The notes under the pieces: model-generated | What the model was told of the DNA's origin: nothing | Databases searched by the model: none | Seen by the model: the letters and a program-made list of their open reading frames with translations, nothing else | Shown: in pieces, positions 59,466-64,000 of the stretch | How the letters are laid out: each line of letters begins with the position of its first letter | Numbering within the stretch: the stretch's first letter is position 1 | Source of the DNA: the human T2T-CHM13v2.0 reference genome, Homo sapiens | Direction: 5' to 3' (one strand) | DNA length: 64,000 nucleotides | Assembly (NCBI RefSeq): GCF_009914755.1 | Contig: NC_060939.1 | Program-made: the position numbers and the translations under genes

Positions 59466-60357
59466 TTAATGCTCCATTCTTATCTTAGGTTAATAAGTTC
59501 CCTGAATTCCAGACCCACATTTCTCTGCCATTTGGCTGCCTCCCCCTGGATGTCCCTCTACCTCTAAAAACCCAACTTGTTTACAACTAAACTTTCCGTC
59601 TTTTCTCCCCAAGCCAAGCACTTCCCGCTCCATCTTTTGTCCCCAAGCCAGCTGCTTCCCAGTTCCCCACTTTCCTGTTGCTGTTGCAGCAACTCCACCT
59701 CTGTCAATCATTCAGGTTCGGAAGTTCGAGGCCATCCGTGATTCCTGTCCCTTCCTGTCCACTCTCACTGCCGTCACCATAGAATTATTTCACCACCTGC
59801 AGATGCAGTCATTGCACGTACCCTTCAATGTGTTGGCACATGCCATATTTTAAATTTTTAAATTAATCATCATCTGATTTTACACAAAAATCCAGATGTT
59901 TGGTTTCCCAAAGAAAAAATAATAACTACTGCTACTACAGAAACAACATGATGTAGCAACAGTGAGCCTGAGTTCCTGGTGCCAGCATTCAGTGGGAGCT
60001 GGGTAGTTAGTGCTGCCCTATGAATGGGACTTAAAACCTCCAGTTTGAGTGAAAGGCAGACCCAAAGGAGTACACCTGGGAAAATAACATCCAATCAAGT
60101 TCAAAAATAGACAAAATTGATCTATCAGTCAGGTCAGAATAGTGGTCGCCCTGGGGTGGGGGGATCTTCAAAGGAGCTAGAAAGTTTCTTCATATTGACC
60201 TGGGTGTGACTACAATGTTGTTCACTGAGTTGTACACTTAAGATGCACTTTATATATATCACATATTATAAAAGAAAGGAAGAGAGGGAGGGAAATGTGT
60301 TGGCACAGTGCCTAGCTTAGTCCCTGGTATGTAGTAAGTACTCAGTAAATGGTTGTT

Positions 60358-60645
60358 ATTTTGAGATGGAGTGTTGCTCTTGTTGCCCAGGCTGGAGTGC
60401 AATGGCACGATCTTGGCTCACCGCAACCTCTGCCCCACCAGGCTCAAGCGATTCTCCCACCTCAGCCTCCTGAGTAGCTGGGATTACAGGCATGCGGCAC
60501 CATGCCTGCCTAATTTCGTATTTTTAGTAGAGACGAGGGTTCTCCATGTTGGTCAGGCTGGTCTTGAACTCCTGACCTCAGGTGATCCACCCGCCTCGGC
60601 CTCCCAAAGTGCTGGGATTACAGGCTTGAGCCACCGCACCTGGCC
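60358..60645 (-). mobile_element. AluSp/Sq-like
   Basis: 'gctcttgttgcccaggctggagtgcaatggc', 'tctccatgttggtcaggc'. Confidence 0.93.
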
Positions 60646-60739
60646 TAAAAGTTGTAAAGTATGAAGGCTCTGGAACCAGGTGGCCTGGGTTAGATCCCTG
60701 CTTCTACTAGTTAGCAACCATTGCTAACTAGTAGAGCAC

Positions 60740-61121
60740 TGTATTAGTCTGTTTTCACACTGCTGTAAAGAACTACCTGAGACTGGGTAACTTATGAAGA
60801 AAAGAGGTTTAATTCACTCACGGTTCTGCAGGCTCTACAGGTAGCATGACTGGGAAGGCCTCAGGAAACTTACAGTCATAGTGGAAGGCGAAGGGGAAGC
60901 AAGCACAGCTGACCATTGCAGATCAGGAGAGAGCGTGCAGGGGGAGGTGCTACACGCTTTTAAACCATCAGATCTTGTGAGAACTCACTCACTATCACGA
61001 GAACAGCCAGGGGGAAATCCACCCCCACGATCCAATCACCTTCCACCAGGTCCCTCCCCCAACACTGGGAATTACAATTCAACATGAGTTTTGGGTGGGG
61101 ACACAGAGCTAAACCATATCA
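60740..61121 (-). mobile_element. MST MaLR LTR inserted in a MIR
   Basis: 'tgtattagtctgttttcacactgctgtaaagaactacctgagactggg'...'aaaccatatca'; MIR halves at about 60655-60720 and 61122-61265. Confidence 0.92.
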
Positions 61122-61269
61122 GGCAGCTTTCTAAACATTCCTGTCTTCAGTTTCTTCATCTGTGAAATGGAGTTAGTGAGACTCCCTACCTCATAGGGTG
61201 ATTGTGAGGTCTGTTGAAGCGCATAGCACAAGGCCTGGTAGGCAGTAAGAGCTCAATAAGTGTTACCCT

Positions 61270-61645
61270 AAAGGGAAGAAAATCCTGACATATGCCGCAA
61301 TATGACTGAACCTGGAAGACATGATGCTAAGTGACTAAGCCAATCGCAAAAAGACAAATTTGGCGCTAATCCACTTACATAAGGTACTGACAGTAGTTAA
61401 ATTCATAGAGACACAAAGTAGAATGGTGGTGGCTACGGGCAGAGGGTAGGGGTAATTAGGAATTATTATTAAATGGGTACATAGTTTTCATTGCAGAAGA
61501 TAAAAAAAGTTTTGAAGATGGATAGTAGTGATGATTATATAACAATGTGAATGTACTTAAAGGCACTGAACTGTATGCTTAAAATGGTTTAAATGATGAA
61601 TTTTATATTATGTATATTTTACTACAATAAATAAGTAAATAAATA
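61270..61645 (+). mobile_element. L1MA/L1MB 3' end
   Basis: 'gacatgatgctaagtga...aaaagacaaa...aattcatagagacacaaagtagaatggtgg'. Confidence 0.88.
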
Positions 61646-62435
61646 TGGCCATAATAATGAGGCTGTGTCAGCCCATGGAGGAACTGGCATTCCATTTTTT
61701 TGAACTTGAGAATTTGAGACTAGATAGAGTACTCTCAGCATTTTGGAAATGCCTGTTGGTAATGTATTTGGTAGAAGACTATTTTAAGACTGTAATGCTA
61801 ACAAGTAAATGTCCTAAGAATAAAAGGTAACCCAGCTAAGTACTGATTTTTTTCCTTACATATTCTTCATTTTCTCCCCTTAAAAAAATATGCCCTAAAA
61901 AAAAAATACAGCAATAACAACCACTAAAATGTCAGGAAGACTATTCCCCCGCACTATAATATCAAATGAGTGGCAAGTTTTGTGGGGAAAAGTCATGCCC
62001 ACATCTTAGCAGATCATTTTTAAGCTATGGGGATGCTGCCTGCACCTCTTCTATTTCAATTCTAGCAAATGTTCATGAGATATCATTTCTGCTTATTTTA
62101 TAAGTGTATATTCTGTATCTATACCATCATGTGTGGAAATCTGGGACAACAATTTTTCTGAATAATCTAATATTTACCACTGAAAGAAACTAAAAATATC
62201 AAGCCCAATGTGACAAAGGTTGAGAAGCCAGTCCCAAAAGACTCTAATGGCTGGAATAAGGAAAAGAATAGAGAAGAGCCAGCTACGATCTGGAGTGCGG
62301 GAGCCCCTTAGGGTTCGGGGTCAGGGAGAGAAGGTGAGCAGGATCGCATGAGCCTCAGGGGCTGGGGCTGCCAGGAAGTACAAAGCCTAAATCCTCCGAC
62401 TTCTCTTCTTATTCCAGACTTGCTTGGAAAAAGCT

Positions 62436-62440
62436 GTTGA

Positions 62441-62474
<34 letters not shown>

Positions 62475-62516
62475 TGTGATGATGGTGGTGGGATGGATGC
62501 TGATGATGATGGTGAT
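62436..62516. repeat. Compound (TGA)n/(TGG)n trinucleotide repeat
   Basis: Directly visible. Confidence 0.95.
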
Positions 62517-63199
62517 ACGTAACATTCCACTCAGCATCACTCACTGAGTATTCTCAATGATAAAAAAAAAAACACTAGTGAGTAATGAATAAAATGCTTG
62601 CCATAATTTCCTCTTTTATAAATGGTAGGGTTTTACTAAAAATAAGAATCTGCTATGAATTCAGAAAAAAAAAATTGAAACTGAAGCTTTAAGAGAGTTT
62701 CCTTAAACGTGCCCTTCAATTTCTATGTCTTTGGTGACACAGCACTTTCCCGTTACTGTATGTCATTATTCCACACAGACCCGTGGAGGCTTGTGAGTGT
62801 TTCATTAACTGTCTCCATGTTCTTTATTATAACATTTCCCTCCTACTTTGCCACTAGTACAGTGTTAAAGTAATAAAACAGCACTTTTCAAGTGTTCCAC
62901 TAGTTCTCACTAGACTCCACTCCCTGGCCCAGTTCTGCTATAAGAAGGCTTTTCTATATCATGTTTCTATGGCCCTTTGCTTCCAAAAAGGATCACAACG
63001 TTCTCTACACATATTACATATAGTATTCATTGTTGCCACACTCCTATGAGGTGGGTATTTTTAGCTTCTTTTACAAACACAGAAAACAGCACACAGGAGA
63101 GAATGTACTTACTCAGGCACACCAAATTGTGGGGGCTAGGGGGAAGGAAGAAAATTAACCATCCTTGCACTTTGAGCCAGATCAGTTACTAGGGGCTGA

Positions 63200-63335
63200 C
63201 ATTCCATATCTTATTTTAATTCTCACAACAATTCCATAAGATAGCTCCATTTTACAGATGTGAAACCAAAATCCAGAGAGGTTAAGAAACTCACCCAAGG
63301 TTCCCATGCCAGACCTGGGATTCACATCCAGTGCT
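63200..63335 (-). mobile_element. MIR
   Basis: 'taattctcacaaca...ccattttacagatgtgaaac...agagaggttaagaaactcacccaagg'. Confidence 0.8.
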
Positions 63336-64000
63336 CCCGATTACACAGGGAATCTCCTTGCTCCACAGCTCTCTTTGTTGCTTGAGATACACAGGAATCC
63401 CTTTCACGGGGGCCCGCATGGAAACAGTCTTCATTTTAATTGCCTGCAAGATTAAATATCAAGCAACAGTGAGATGTAGTTCTGAAACTCAACGATGTTT
63501 GGCCATACCGGTAGGAGCAGAATATCCAAATGGTTAGAGAAAAGAGTTGTCCTGGCTCCCCTCTAATCAGTCCACACCTGGGCTTGTGCATCTAATGCCG
63601 GGCATTGCATTTTTGAGGGGCATCCACAAACAAGGTTCGCAGAGAGTGAGGAATCCAGAAGCAAACTCCAGAAGAACACTCCCTTGGGAAACAGTCAAAG
63701 ACCCTGTGAGGAGAGACATGAAGGGTGATGTGAGAACCCTCCTGCACTAACTGGAGGCTGCCCCTGTTGAAATGGGGGCAGACTGTGTTGCTCTAGAGAG
63801 CAGAATTGGGCCACTCACTTGTAAAAGAGTTTGGAATGAATGCTTCAGAGGAATTCTGCAAGCACCTTATATTGGGACTTAGCAAGGTACCTTCATGGTG
63901 TCCCCATGTATGGGACAGAAATAAGCACTCCATGGTAATACAGTCAGATGGATGGGGGGACTGGCCATGCTCTATGAGTTAGTTTAATGGAGTGTAGAAG

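Noticed and set aside
62308-62544. Poly-His ORF
   Set aside because: Antisense reading of a (TGA)/(TGG) microsatellite.

Overview
Primate (very probably human) genomic DNA, mostly non-coding and dominated by interspersed repeats: about 28 Alus, old L1M, L2, MIR and L3-type fragments, MaLR/ERV LTRs (MLT1, MST, MLT2, MER4A, MER21) and hAT/mariner relics (a Charlie2-type element, MER5, MER63, MER96, MER102, MADE2). No complete protein-coding gene is recognisable; the long ORFs in the track are Alu, L1, GC-rich or microsatellite artefacts. There are two CpG-rich islands (about 6.1-6.7 kb and 34.1-34.6 kb). The first looks like the 5' end of a minus-strand gene running off the left edge: a strong donor at 6471 and a 25-nt exon at 1222-1246 with an ATG in good context. 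I could not name the gene. The most unusual sequence-level signal is a set of locally templated rearrangement scars: three 70-130 bp copies at about 95-97% identity taken from donors 0.8-6.7 kb away, and several short fold-back insertions. There is also a chimeric AluSc/AluSq that appears to have deleted part of the Charlie transposase. I see no evidence for a new multi-gene system. Repeat subfamily names come from recalled consensus sequences, not from a RepeatMasker run, and repeat boundaries are approximate.
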